Source of the DNA: Eledone cirrhosa
Lineage: Eukaryota
Direction: 5' to 3'
NCBI GenBank assembly: GCA_964016885.1
Contig: OZ024740.1
Coordinates: 34,906,001 to 34,970,000 of the forward strand
Length of the DNA: 64,000 nt
In this document: one piece after another, positions 15,639-30,351 of the stretch
Position numbering within the stretch: the first letter of the stretch is position 1
Layout of the letters: every line of letters starts with the position of its first letter
The notes under the pieces: model-generated
Told to the model about the DNA's origin: nothing
The model's database searches: none
Seen by the model: the letters and a program-made list of their open reading frames with translations, nothing else
Program-made: the position numbers and the translations under genes

Positions 15639-18600
15639 AACAAGTTGTATTAGTATACATAACTAAACCAAGTTGTATTAGTATATATCACTAAACCAAG
15701 TTGTCTTATTATATATAAGTAAACCAAGTTATATTAGTATATACAACTAAACCAAGTTGTACTAGTATATATAACTAAACGCAGTTGTATTAGTATATAC
15801 AACTAAACCCAGTTGTATTAGTATATATAACTAAACCAAGTTGTATTATTGTATATAACTAAACCAAGTGGTATTAGTATATATAACTAATCCAAGTTGT
15901 ATTAGTATACTTTACTAAACCCAGTGGTATTAGTATACATAAATAAACCCAGTTGTATTAGTATATATAACTAAACAAAGTTGTATTATTATATATAACT
16001 TAACAAAGTTGTATTAGTATATATAACTAAACCAAGTTGTATTAGTATATATAACTAAACCAAGTTGCATTAGGATACATAACTAAACCAAGTTATATTA
16101 GTATATATTACTACACTAAGTTGTGTTAGTATATATTACTAAACCAAGTTGTATTGGTATATATAAATAAACCAAGTTGTATTATTATATACAACTAAAC
16201 CAAGTTGTATTAGTATACACAACTAAACGAAGTTGTATTAGTATATACAAACAAACCAAGTTATATTAGTATACATAACTAAACCAAGTTGTATTAGTAT
16301 ATATAACTAAACAAAGTTGTATTAGTATATATTACTAAACCAAGTTGTATTAGTATATATAAGTAAACCAAGTTTTATTAGAATATACGACTAAACCAAG
16401 TAGTATTAGTATATATCACTAAACCAAGTTGTATTATTATATATAAGTAAACCAAGTTATATTAGTATATACATCTAAACCAAGTTGTATTAGTATATAC
16501 AACTTTACCAAGTTGTATTAGTATATATTACTAAACTAAGTTGTATTAGTATGTACAACTAAACCAAGTTGTATTAGTATATATAACTAAACCAAGTTGC
16601 ATTAGTATATACAACTAAACCAAGTTGTATTAGTATATATAACTAAACCCAGTTGTATTACTATATACCACTAAACCCAGTTGTATTAGTTTATATATCT
16701 AAACCAAGTTGTATTAGTATATATAACTAAACCAAGTGGTATTAGTATATATAACTAATCCAAGTTGTATTAGTATACATTACTAAACCCAGTGGTATTA
16801 GTATACATAACTAAACCAAGTTGTATTAGTATATATAACCAAACCAATTTATATTAGTATATATAAATAAACCCTGTTGTATTAGTATATATGAGTAAAC
16901 AAATTTGCATTAGTATATATAACTAAACCAAGTTATATTAGTATATACAACTAAACTAATTATATTCGTATATATAACTAAACCAAGTTGTATTAGTATA
17001 TATAACTAAACCAAGTTTTATTAGTATATATAAGTAAAACAATTTGTATTAGTATATACAAGTAAACCAAATTCTATTAGTATATACAACTAAACCAAGT
17101 TGTATTATTATATACAACTAAACCAAGTTGTATTAGTATACACAACTAAACGATGTTGTATTAGTATATACAACTAAACTAAGTTATATTAGTATATATA
17201 ACTAAACCAAATTGTATTAGGATATATGAGTAAACCAAGTTATATTAGTATACATAACTAAACCAAGTTGTATTAGTATATATAACTAAACCAAATTGTA
17301 TTAGTCTATATAACTAAATGAAGTTGCATTAGTTTACATAACTAAACCAAGTTGAATTAGTATACATAACTAAACTAAGTTATATTAGTATATATTACTA
17401 AACTAAGTTGTATTAGTATATATTACTAAACCAAGTTGTATTAGTATATACAACTAAACCAAGTTATATAAGTATACATAACTAAACCAAGTTGTATTAG
17501 TATATATAACTAAACAAAGTTGTATTATTATATATAACTTAACAAAGTTGTATTAGTATATATAACTAAACCAAGTTGCATTAGTATACAAAACTAAACC
17601 AAGTTATATTAGTATATATTGTTAAACTAAGTTGTATTAGTATATACAACTTAACTAAGTTGTATTAATATATATTACTAAACTAAGTTGTATGAGAGTA
17701 TATACAACTAAACCAAGTTGTATTAGTATATATAACTAAACCAAGTTGCATTAGTATATACAACTAAACCAAGTTGTATTAGTATATACAACTAAACCAA
17801 GTTGTATTAGTATGTATAACTAAACCCTGTTGTATTAGTATATATGAGTAAACCAAATTGCATTAGTATATATAACTAAACCAAGTTATATTAGTAAATA
17901 CAACTAAACTAAATTATATTCGTATACATAACTAAACCAAGTTGTATTAGTATATATAACTAAACCAACTTATATTAGAATATACAACTAAACCATGTTG
18001 TATTTAGTATACATAACTAAACCACGTTGTATTAGTATATATAACTAAACCAAGTTGTATTAGTATACATAACTAAACCAAGTTGTATTAGTATACATTA
18101 CTAAACCCAGTTGTATTAGTATATATTACTAAACCAAGTTGTATTAGTATATATTACTAAACCAGGTTGTATTAGTATATATAAGTAAACCAAGTTATAT
18201 TAGTGTATATAACTAAACCAAGTTGTATTAGTATATATAACTAATCTAAGTTGTATTAGTGTACATTACTAAACCCAGATGTATTAGTATATATTACTAA
18301 ACCAAGTTGTATTAGTATATATTACTAAACCAAGTTGTATTAGTATATACAACTAAACCAAGTTATATTAGTATATATAGTTAAACTAAGTTGTATTAGT
18401 ATATATAACTAAACCAACATATATTAGAATATACAACTAAACCATGTTGTATTAGTATACATAACAAAACCCAGTTGTATTAGTATATATAACTAAACCA
18501 AGTTATATTAGTATATATAGCTAAACCCAGTTGTATAATATATATAACTAAACCCAGTTGTATTAGTATATATAAGTAAACCAAGTTGTATTAGTATATA

Positions 18601-21600
18601 TTACGAAACTAAGTTGTATTAGTATATACAACTAAACCAAGTTTTATTAGTATATATCACTAAACCAAGTTGCATTAGTATATACAACTAAACCAAGTTG
18701 TATTAGTATATATAACTAAACCCAGTTGTATTACTATATAAAACTAAACCCAGTTGTATTAGTATATATATATATCTAAACCAAGTTGTATTAATATATA
18801 TAACTAAACCAAGTGGTATTAGTATATATAACTAATCAAAGTTGTATTAGTATACATTACTAAACCCAGTGGTATTAGTATACATAACTAAACTAAGTTG
18901 TATTAGTATATATAACTAAACCAAGTTATATTAGTATATATAACTAAACCCTGTTGTATTAGTATATATGAGTAAACCAATTTGCATTAGTATATATAAC
19001 TAATCCAAGTTATATTAGTATATACAACTAAACTAAGTTATATTCGTATATATAACTAAACCAAGTTGTATTAGTATATATAACTAAACCAAGTTGTATT
19101 AGTATACATAACTAAACCAACTTATAATAGAATATACAACTAAACCATGTTGTATTAGTATACCTATCTAAACACAGTTGTATTAGTATATATAACTAAA
19201 CCAAGTTGTATTAGTATACATAACTAAACCAAGTTGTATTAGTATAGATTACTAAACCCAGTTGTATTAGTATATATTACTAAACCAAGTTGCATTAGTA
19301 TACAAAACTAAACCAAGTTATATTAGTATATATTTTTAAACTAAGTTGTATTAGTATATACAACTTAACTAAGTTGTATTAATATATATTACTAAACTAA
19401 GTTGTATGAGAGTATATACAACTAAACCAAGTTGTATTAGTATATATAACTAAACCAAGTTGCATTAGTATATACAACTAAACCAAGTTGTATTAGTATA
19501 TACAACTAAACCAAGTTGTATTAGTATGTATAACTAAACCTTGTTGTATTAGTATATATGAGTAAACCAAATTGCATTAGTATATATAACTAAACCAAGT
19601 TATATTAGTATATACAACTAAACTAAATTATATTCGTATACATAACTAAACCAAGTTGTATTAGTATATATAACTAAACCAACTTATATTAGAATATACA
19701 ACTAAACCATGTTGTATTTAGTATACATAACTAAACCACGTTGTATTAGTATATATGACTAAACCAAGTTGTATTAGTATACATAACTAAACCAAGTTGT
19801 ATTAGTATACATTACTAAACCCAGTTGTATTAGTATATATTACTAAACCAAGTTGTATTAGCATATATTACTAAACCAGGTTGTATTAGTATATATAAGT
19901 AAACCAAGTTATATTAGTGTATATAACTAAACCAAGTTGTATTAGTATATATAACTAATCTAAGTTGTATTAGTGTACATTACTAAACCCAGTTGTATTA
20001 GTATATATTACTAAACCAAGTTGTATTAGTATATATTACTAAACCAGGTTGTATTAGTATATATAAGTAAACCAAGTTGTATTAGTATATACAACTAAAC
20101 CAAGTTATATTAGTATATATAGTTAAACTAAGTTGTATTAGTATATATAACTAAACCAACATATATTAGAATATACAACTAAACCATGTTGTATTAGTAT
20201 ACATAACAAAACCCAGTTGTATTAGTATATATAACTAAACCAAGTTATATTAGTATATATAGCTAAACCCAGTTGTATAATATATATAACTAAACCCAGT
20301 TGTATTAGTATATATAAGTAAACCAAGTTGTATTAGTATACATAACTAAACCAAGTTGTATTAGTATAGATTACTAAACCCAGTTGTATTAGTATATATT
20401 ACTAAACCAAGTTGCATTAGTATACAAAACTAAACCAAGTTATATTAGTATATATTTTTAAACTAAGTTGTATTAGTATATACAACTTAACTAAGTTGTA
20501 TTAATATATATTACTAAACTAAGTTGTATGAGAGTATATACAACTAAACCAAGTTGTATTAGTATATATAACTAAACCAAGTTGCATTAGTATATACAAC
20601 TAAACCAAGTTGTATTAGTATATACAACTAAACCAAGTTGTATTAGTATGTATAACTAAACCTTGTTGTATTAGTATATATGAGTAAACCAAATTGCATT
20701 AGTATATATAACTAAACCAAGTTATATTAGTATATACAACTAAACTAAATTATATTCGTATACATAACTAAACCAAGTTGTATTAGTATATATAACTAAA
20801 CCAACTTATATTAGAATATACAACTAAACCATGTTGTATTTAGTATACATAACTAAACCACGTTGTATTAGTATATATGACTAAACCAAGTTGTATTAGT
20901 ATACATAACTAAACCAAGTTGTATTAGTATACATTACTAAACCCAGTTGTATTAGTATATATTACTAAACCAAGTTGTATTAGCATATATTACTAAACCA
21001 GGTTGTATTAGTATATATAAGTAAACCAAGTTATATTAGTGTATATAACTAAACCAAGTTGTATTAGTATATATAACTAATCTAAGTTGTATTAGTGTAC
21101 ATTACTAAACCCAGTTGTATTAGTATATATTATTAAACCAAGTTGTATTAGTATATATTACTAAACCAGGTTGTATTAGTATATATAAGTAAACCAAGTT
21201 GTATTAGTATATACAACTAAACCAAGTTATATTAGTATATATAGTTAAACTAAGTTGTATTAGTATATATAACTAAACCAACATATATTAGAATATACAA
21301 CTAAACCATGTTGTATTAGTATACATAACAAAACCCAGTTGTATTAGTATATATAACTAAACCAAGTTATATTAGTATATATAGCTAAACCCAGTTGTAT
21401 AATATATATAACTAAACCCAGTTGTATTAGTATATATAAGTAAACCAAGTTGTATTAGTATATATTACGAAACTAAGTTGTATTAGTATATACAACTAAA
21501 CCAAGTTTTATTAGTATATATCACTAAACCAAGTTGCATTAGTATATACAACTAAACCAAGTTGTATTAGTATATATAACTAAACCCAGTTGTATTACTA

Positions 21601-24600
21601 TATAAAACTAAACCCAGTTGTATTAGTATATATATATATCTAAACCAAGTTGTATTAATATATATAACTAAACCAAGTGGTATTAGTATATATAACTAAT
21701 CAAAGTTGTATTAGTATACATTACTAAACCCAGTGGTATTAGTATACATATCTAAACTAAGTTGTATTAGTATATATAACTAAACCAAGTTATATTAGTA
21801 TATATAACTAAACCCTGTTGTATTAGTATATATGAGTAAACCAATTTGCATTAGTATATATAACTAATCCAAGTTATATTAGTATATACAACTAAACTAA
21901 GTTATATTCGTATATATAACTAAACCAAGTTGTATTAGTATATATAACTAAACCAAGTTGTATTAGTATACATAACTAAACCAACTTATAATAGAATATA
22001 CAACTAAACCATGTTGTATTAGTATACCTATCTAAACACAGTTGTATTAGTATATATAACTAAACCAAGTTGTATTAGTATACATAACTAAACCAAGTTG
22101 TATTAGTATAGATTACTAAACCCAGTTGTATTAGTATATATTACTAAACCAAGTTGCATTAGTATATATTACTAAACCAGGTTGTATTAGTATATATAAT
22201 TAAACCAAGTTATATTAGTATATACAACTAAACCAAGTTGTATTAGTATGTATAACTAATCCAAGTTGTATTAGTATACATTACTAAACCAAGTTGTATT
22301 AGTATATATTACTAAACCAAGTTGTATTAGTATATATTAATAAACACTTTGTATTAGTATATACAACTCAACCAAGTTATATTAGTATATATAGTTAAAC
22401 CGAGTTGTATTAGTATACATAACAAAACCAAGTTGTATTAGTATATATAACTAAACCAAGTTGTATTAGTATATATAACTAAACCCAGTTGTATTAGTAT
22501 ATATTACTAAACCAAGTTGTATTAGTATATATTACTAAACCAAGTTGTATTACGATATATAAGTATACCATGTTATATTAGTATACATAACTAAACCAAG
22601 TTGTATTAGTATATATAACTAAACCCAGTTGTATTAGTATATATAACTAAACCCAGTTGTATTACTATATAAAACTAAACCCAGTTGTATTAGTATATAT
22701 ATATCTAAACCAAGTTGTATTAATATATATAACTAAACCAAGTGGTATTAGTATATATAACTAATCCAAGTTGTATTAGTATACATTACTAAACCCAGTG
22801 GTATTAGTATACATAACTAAACTAAGTTGTATTAGTATATATAACTAAACCAAGTTATATTAGTATATATAACTAAACCCTGTTGTATTAGTATATATGA
22901 GTAAACCAATTTGCATTAGTATATATAACTAATCCAAGTTATATTAATATATACAACTAAACTAAGTTATATTCGTATATATAACTAAACTAAGTTGTAT
23001 TAGTATATATAACTAAACCAAGTTGTATTAGTATACATAACTAAACCAACTTATAATAGAATATACAACTAAACCATGTTGTATTAGTATACATATCTAA
23101 ACACAGTTGTATTAGTATATATAACTAAACCAAGTTGTATTAGTATACATAACTAAACCAAGTTGTATTAGTATACATTACTAAACCCAGTTGTATTAGT
23201 ATATATTACTAAACCAAGTTGCATTAGTATATATTACTAAACCAGGTTGTATTAGTATATATAATTAAAACAAGTTATATTAGTATATACAACTAAACCA
23301 AGTTGTATTAGTATGTATAACTAATCCAATTTTTATTAGTATACTTTACTAAACCAAGTTGTATTAGTATATATTACTAAACCAAGTTGTATTAGTATAT
23401 ATTATTAAACAATTTGTATTAGTATATACAACTCAACCAAGTTATATTAGTATATATAGTTAAACCGAGTTGTATTAGTATACATAACAAAACCAAGTTG
23501 TATTAGTATATATAACTAAACCAAGTTATATTAGTATATATAACTAAACCTAGTTGTATTAGTATATATTACTAAACCATGTTGTATTAGGATATATAAA
23601 TAAACCAAGTTATATTAGTATACATAACTAAACCAAGTTGTATTAGTATATATAACTAAACAAAGTTGTATTATTATACATAACTTAACAAAGTTGTATT
23701 AGTATATATAACTAAACCAAGTTGTATTAGTATATATAACTAAACCAAGTTGCATTAGTATACATAACTAAACCAAGTTATATTAGTATATATTATTAAA
23801 TTAAGTTGTATTAGTATATATTACTAAACCAAGTTGTATTAGTATATATAAGTAAACCAAGTTTTATTAGAATATACAACTAAACCAAGTTGTATTAGTA
23901 TATATAATTTGCATTAGAATACATAACTAATCCAAGTTGTATTAGTATATATCACTAAACCAAGTTGTATTATTATATATAAGTAAACCAAGTTATATTA
24001 GTATATACAACTAAACCAAGTTGTATTAGTATAGATAACTAAACCAAGTTGTACTAGTATATATAACTAAACGCAGTTGTATTAGTATATACAACTTAAC
24101 CAAGTTGTATTAGTATATATTACTAAACTAAGTTGTATTAGTATATACAACTAAACCAAGTTGTATTAGTATATATCACTAAACCAAGTTGCATTAGTAT
24201 ATACAAGTAAACCAAGTTGTATTAGTATATATAACTAAACCCAGTTGTATTACTATATACAACTAAACCCAGTTTTATTAGTATATATATCAAAACCAAG
24301 TTGTATTAATATATATAACTAAAGCAAGTGGTATTAGTATATATAACTAAAGCAAGTTATATTAGTATATATAACTAAACCGTGTTGTATTAGTATATAT
24401 GAGTAAACCAATTTACATTAGTATATATAACTAATCCAAGTTATATTAGTATATACAAATAAACTAAGTTATATTCGTATAACTAAACCCAGTTGTACTA
24501 GTATATATAACTAAACCAAGTTGTATTAGTATACATAACTAAACCAAGTTGTATTAGTATACATTACTAAACCCAGTTGTGTTAGTATATACAATTAAAC

Positions 24601-26627
24601 CAAGTTATATTAGTATATATAACTAAACCAAATTGTATTAGTATATATAAGTAAACCAAGTTGTATTAGTATATACAAGTAAACTAAATTGTATTAGTAT
24701 ATACAAGTAAACCAAGTTGTATTCGTATATACAACTAAACCAAGTTGTATTAGTATATACAACTAAACGAAGTTGTATTAGTATATACAATTAAACCAAG
24801 TTATATTAGTATATATATCTAAACCAAGTTGTATTAGTATATATATGAAAACCAAGTTGTATTAGTATATATTACTAAACCAAGTTGTATTAGTATATAT
24901 AACTAAACCAAGTTTTATTAGTATATACAATTAAACCAAGTTCTATTAGTATATAGAACTAAACGAAGTTGTATTAGTATATACAATTAAACCAAGTTAT
25001 ATTACTATATATAACTAAACCAAGTTGTATTAGTATATACAAGTAAACCAAGTTGTATTAGTATATACAAGTAAACCAAGTTGTATTAGTATATACAATT
25101 AAACCAAGTTGTATTATTATATACAACTAAACCAAGTTGTATTAGTATACACAACTAAACGAAGTTGTATTAGTATATATAACTAAACCAAGTTGTATTA
25201 GGATATATAAGTAAACCAAGTTATATTAGTATACATAACTAAACCAAGTTGTATTAGTATATATAACTAAACTAAGTTGCATTAGTATACATAACTAAAC
25301 CAACTTATATTAGTATATATTATTAAACTAAGTTGTATTAGTATATATTACTAAACCAAGTTGTAATAGTATATACAACTAAACCAAGTTATATTAGAAT
25401 ATACAACTAAACCAAGTTGTATTAGTATATATAACTAAACCAAGATATATTAGTATATATAACTAAACCAAGTTGCATTAGTATACATAACTAAACCAAG
25501 TTGTATTAGTATATATCACTAAACCAAGTTGTATTATCATATATAAGTAAACCAAGTTATATTAGTATATACAACTAAACCAAGTTGTATTAGTATAGAT
25601 AACTAAACCAAGTTGTATTAGTATATATAACTAAACCAAGTTGTAATAGTATATATAACTAAACGCAGTTGTATTAGTATATACAATTTAACCAAGTTGT
25701 ATTAGTATATATTACTAAACTAAGTTGTATTAGTATATACAACTAAACCAAATTGTAATAGTATATATAACTAAACCAAGTTGCATTAGTATATACTACT
25801 AAACCAAGGTGTATTAGTATATATAACTAAACCCAGTTGTATTACTATATACAACTAAACACAGTTGTATTAGTATATATATCTAAACCAAGTTGTATTA
25901 GTATATATAACTAAACCAAGTGGTATTAGTATATATAACTAATCCAAGTTGTATTAGTATATATAACTAAACCAAGTTATATTAGTATATATAAATAAAC
26001 CCTGTTGTACTAGTATATATGAGTAAACCAATTTCCATTAGTATATATAACTAAACCAAGTTATATTAGTATATACAACTAAACTAATTATATTCGTATA
26101 TATAACTAAACCAAGTTGTATTAGTATATATAACTAAACCAACTTATATTAGAATGTACAACTAAACCATGTATTAATATACATAAATAAACCCAGTTGT
26201 ATTAGTATATATAACTAAACCAAGTTGCATTAGTATACATAACTAAACCACGTTGTATTAGTATATATAACTAAACCAAGTTATATTAGTACATATAGCT
26301 AAACCCATTTGTATAATATATATAACTAAACCCAGCTGTATTAGTATATACAACTGAACCAAGTTGTAATAGTATATATAACTAAACCCAGTTGTAATAG
26401 TATATATAACTAAACCCAGTTGTATTAGTATATATAACTAAACCAAGTTGTATTAGTATATACAACTAAACCAAGTTGTATTAGTATATATAACTAAACC
26501 AAGTTATATTAGTATATATAATTAAACCCAGTTGTATTAGTATATATAAGTAAACCAATTTGTATTAGTATATATAACTAAACCAAGTTATATTAGTATA
26601 TACAACTAAACCAAGTTGTATTAGTAT

Positions 26628-26810
26628 GGATTGGCAGTATCGGTGGAGGGTCGGACGCCGTGCTTTACAGCACAGTTACGTCCCTTTACGGACTGAGTTA
26701 AAATCCCGCCGAGGTTAACTTTGCCTTTCATCCTTACTGGGTCGATAAAATAAAGTACCAGTAATACACTGGATAATTGCTGGCCTTGTGCCAAATGTAG
26801 AAACAGTTAT
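26628..26810 (+). mobile_element. tRNA-derived SINE, near full length
   Basis: A-box-like TGGCAGTATCGG (26632-26643) and mutated B box GAGTTAAAATCC (26695-26706). Same core and tail as the 15.5 kb copy, with about 14 differences in about 170 nt counted by eye. Confidence 0.88.
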
Positions 26811-29523
26811 ATTAGTATATATTACTAAACCAAGTTGTATTAGTATATATTACTAAACCAAGTTGTATTAGTATATATAACTAAACCAAGTTTTACTAGT
26901 ATATACAAGTAAACCATGTTATATTAGTATATACAACTAAACCAAGTTGTATTAGTATATACAACTAAACGAAGTTGTATTAGTATATACAATTAAACCA
27001 AGTTATATTAGTATATATAACTAAAGCAAGTTGTATTACTATATACAAGTAAACCAAGTTGTATTAGTATATACAACTAAACCAAGTTGTATTATTATAT
27101 ACAACTAAACCAAGTTGTATTAGTATACACAACTAAACGAAGTTGTATTAGTATATACAACTAAACCAAGTTATATTAGTATATATAACTAAACCAAGTT
27201 GTATTAGGATATATAAGTAAACCAAGTTATATTAGTATACATAACTAAACCAAGTTGTGTTAGTATATATAACTAAACAAAGTTGTATTATTATACATAA
27301 GTTAACAAAGTTGTATTAGTATATATAACTAAACCAAGTTGTATTAGTATATATAACTAAACCAAGTTGCATTAGTATACATAACTAAACCAATTTATAT
27401 TAGTATATATTACTACACTAAGTTGTATTAGTATATATTACTAAACCAATTTGTATTAGTATATATAAATAAACCAAGATCTATTAGAATATACAATTAA
27501 ACCAAGTTGTATTAGTATACATAACTAAACCAGGATATGTTAGTATATATAACTAAACCAAGTTGCATTAGTATACATAACTAAACCAAGTTGTATTAGT
27601 ATATATCACTAAACCAAGTTGTATTATTATATATAAGTAAACCAAGTTATATTAGTATATACAACTAAACCAAGTTGTATTAGCATAGATAACTAAACCA
27701 AGTTGTATTAGTATATATAACTAAACCAAGTTGTACTAGTATATATAACTAAACGCAGTTCTATTAGTCTATACAACTTAACCAAGTTGTATTAGTATAT
27801 ATTACTAAACTAAGTTGTATTAGTATATACAACTAAACCAAGTTGTATTAGTATATATAACTCAACCAAGTTGCATTAGTATATACAACTAAACCAAGTT
27901 GTATTAGTATATATAACTAAACCCAGTTGTATTACTATATACAACTAAACCCAGTTGTATTAGTATATATAACTAAACCAAGTTATATTAGTATATACAA
28001 CTAAACCAAGTTGTATTAGTATATACAACTAAACCAAGTTGTATTAGTATATACAAGTAAACCAAGTTGTATTAGTATACATAACTAAACCAAGTTGTAT
28101 TTGTATATATAACTAAACCAAGTTATATTAGTATATATAACTAAACCCTGTTGTATTAGTATAGATTACTAGACCAAGTTCTATTAGTATATATTACTAA
28201 ACCAAGTCGTATTTCCATATATAATTAAACCAAATTATATTAGTATATATAACTAAACCAATTTGTATTAGCATATATAACTAAACCAAGTCATATTAGT
28301 ATATACAACTAAACCAAGTTGTATTAGTATATATAACTAAACCAAGTTGTATTAGTATATATAACTAAACCAAGTTATATTACTATATACAACTAAACCA
28401 AGTTATATTAGTATATACAACTAAACCAAGTTGTATTAGTATATACAACTAAACCAAGTTGTATTAGTATATACAACTAAACCAAGTTGTATTAGTATAC
28501 ATAACTAAACCAAGTTATATTAGTATATATAACTAAACCAAGTTGTATTAACATATATAACTAAACCATGTTATATTAGTATATACAACTAAACCAAGTT
28601 GCATTAGTATACATAACTAAACCAAGTTATATTAGTATATATTACTAAACTGAGTTGAATTATTATATATAACTAAACCAAGCTGTATTAGTATATATAA
28701 CTAAACCAAGTTGCATTAGTATACATAACTAAACCAAGTTATATTAGTATATATTACTAAACTAAGTTGTATTAGTATATATTACTAAACCAAGTTGTAT
28801 TAGTATATATAAGTAAACCAAGTTATATTAGTATATACAACTAAACCAAGTTGTATTAGTATATATAACTAAACCAAGTTGTATTAGTATATATAAGTAA
28901 ACCAAGTTATATTAGTATATACAACTTAACCAACATGTATTAGTATATATAACTAAACCAATTTGTATTAGCATATATAACTAAACCAAGTCATATTAGT
29001 ATATACAACTAAACCAAGTTGTATTAGTATATATAACTAAACCAAGTTGTATTAGTATATATAACTAAACCAAGTTATATTAGTATATACAACTAAACCA
29101 AGTTGTATTATTATCTACAACTAAACCAAGTTATATTAGTATACATAACTAAACCAAGTTGTATTAGTATCTAAAACTAAACCAAGTTATATTAGTATAT
29201 ATAGCTAAACCAAGTTATATTAGTATATACAACTAAACCAGCATGTATTAGTATATACAACTAAACCAAGTTGTATTAGTATATACAACTAAACCAAGTT
29301 ATATTAGTATATACAACTAAACCAAGTTGTATTAGTATATACAACTAAACGAAGTTGTATTAGTATGTACAACTAAACCAAGTTATATTAGTATATATAC
29401 CTAAACCAAGTTGTATTAGTATATATAACTAAACCAAGTTGAATTATTATATATAACTAAACCAAGCTGTATTAGTATATATAATTAAACCAAGTTGCAT
29501 TAGTATACATAACTAAACCAAGT

Positions 29524-29527
29524 TATA

Positions 29528-29550
<23 letters not shown>
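29524..29550. repeat. (TA)n microsatellite at the LINE 5' junction
   Basis: About 13 TA units growing out of the satellite's AGTTATAT, followed by a T run. Confidence 0.9.
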
Positions 29551-29558
<8 letters not shown>

Positions 29559-29564
29559 CTGAAA

Positions 29565-29573
29565 AAAATGGCG
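29565..29573 (+). promoter_or_regulatory. YY1-like motif at the LINE 5' end (putative internal Pol II promoter)
   Basis: AAAATGGCG about 15 nt from the apparent 5' end; CACGTG E-boxes at 29775-29780 and 29921-29926. Motif match only. Confidence 0.45.
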
Positions 29574-30351
29574 ACAAGGAAGGTCGCTTGACCACGTCTT
29601 GACCAAACAAAATATAATATTTTCACCCAAAACTGCCCTTTAAACACATTTCAGATGGATTACAATATTCATTATTACAACTACTTTGGCTGTTCCCTGA
29701 CAACTAGTACCAGTTTCAAGATAGAATTATCTTAACGAAGTATATTTAATTTGACTTGATTTTCGCCAAAAAACCACGTGTGGACATGGACGGGAAAAAA
29801 GGAAAAAAACAAAACAAATCACTACATTGCTTAGGGATCGCAGTAAGTACTCCACAAAACATATAAACAACAAAATACACACAGATTTATATACAGATAT
29901 ATACCATATGCATATACACACACGTGAAAAGAAACCACACTATTTCGTGTGAGACACTATACCGGCCAATCTTACGTACATTGGTAAAATATCTCTGAAC
30001 ATTGACTTCGCTTCTAACCCACATACACCTTTTAATTATATATATATACTAGCAGCTGAAAGTTAATAATTTGAAAAAAAAAAATATTATTGAAAGTTTA
30101 TTATAAAGAAGCAGTATCAGGGAAAAAAAACAAAAAAAAAACGTTATTTCGCAGTTAATAAACAACTGCCTTCTACAGTACGTTTCATTTAACTTACGCA
30201 GCATATTTATTTGTTTACATGCACAGACTCTTCTACACACACACAACATTTAGGAAAACGGAAACAAAATACACAAAAAAACAGACATTTTATTTCTATC
30301 GTAATCAAGTGCGCTAAACCTATATTGTTTACATTCTGTGTTTTTCTACGG

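Larger units (their letters stand above)
1..29523. repeat. 28-bp tandem satellite, left part (about 1,000 monomers, interrupted by 3 SINEs)
   Basis: TAAACCAAG recurs at 11, 39, 67 and so on (period 28). Consensus AACTAAACCAAGTTGTATTAGTATATAT; most monomers carry 0-3 substitutions, occasional indels, all one orientation. Confidence 0.99.

Noticed and set aside
26628-26712. Functional tRNA gene
   Set aside because: Has A/B-box remnants but no convincing cloverleaf and continues into the SINE core and tail.
29843-30226. Possible 5'UTR intron (GTAAGT at 29843; YAG acceptors at about 30154, 30178 and 30226)
   Set aside because: Motifs are common in AT-rich DNA, a retrotransposed copy would tend to lose it, and there is no transcript evidence.
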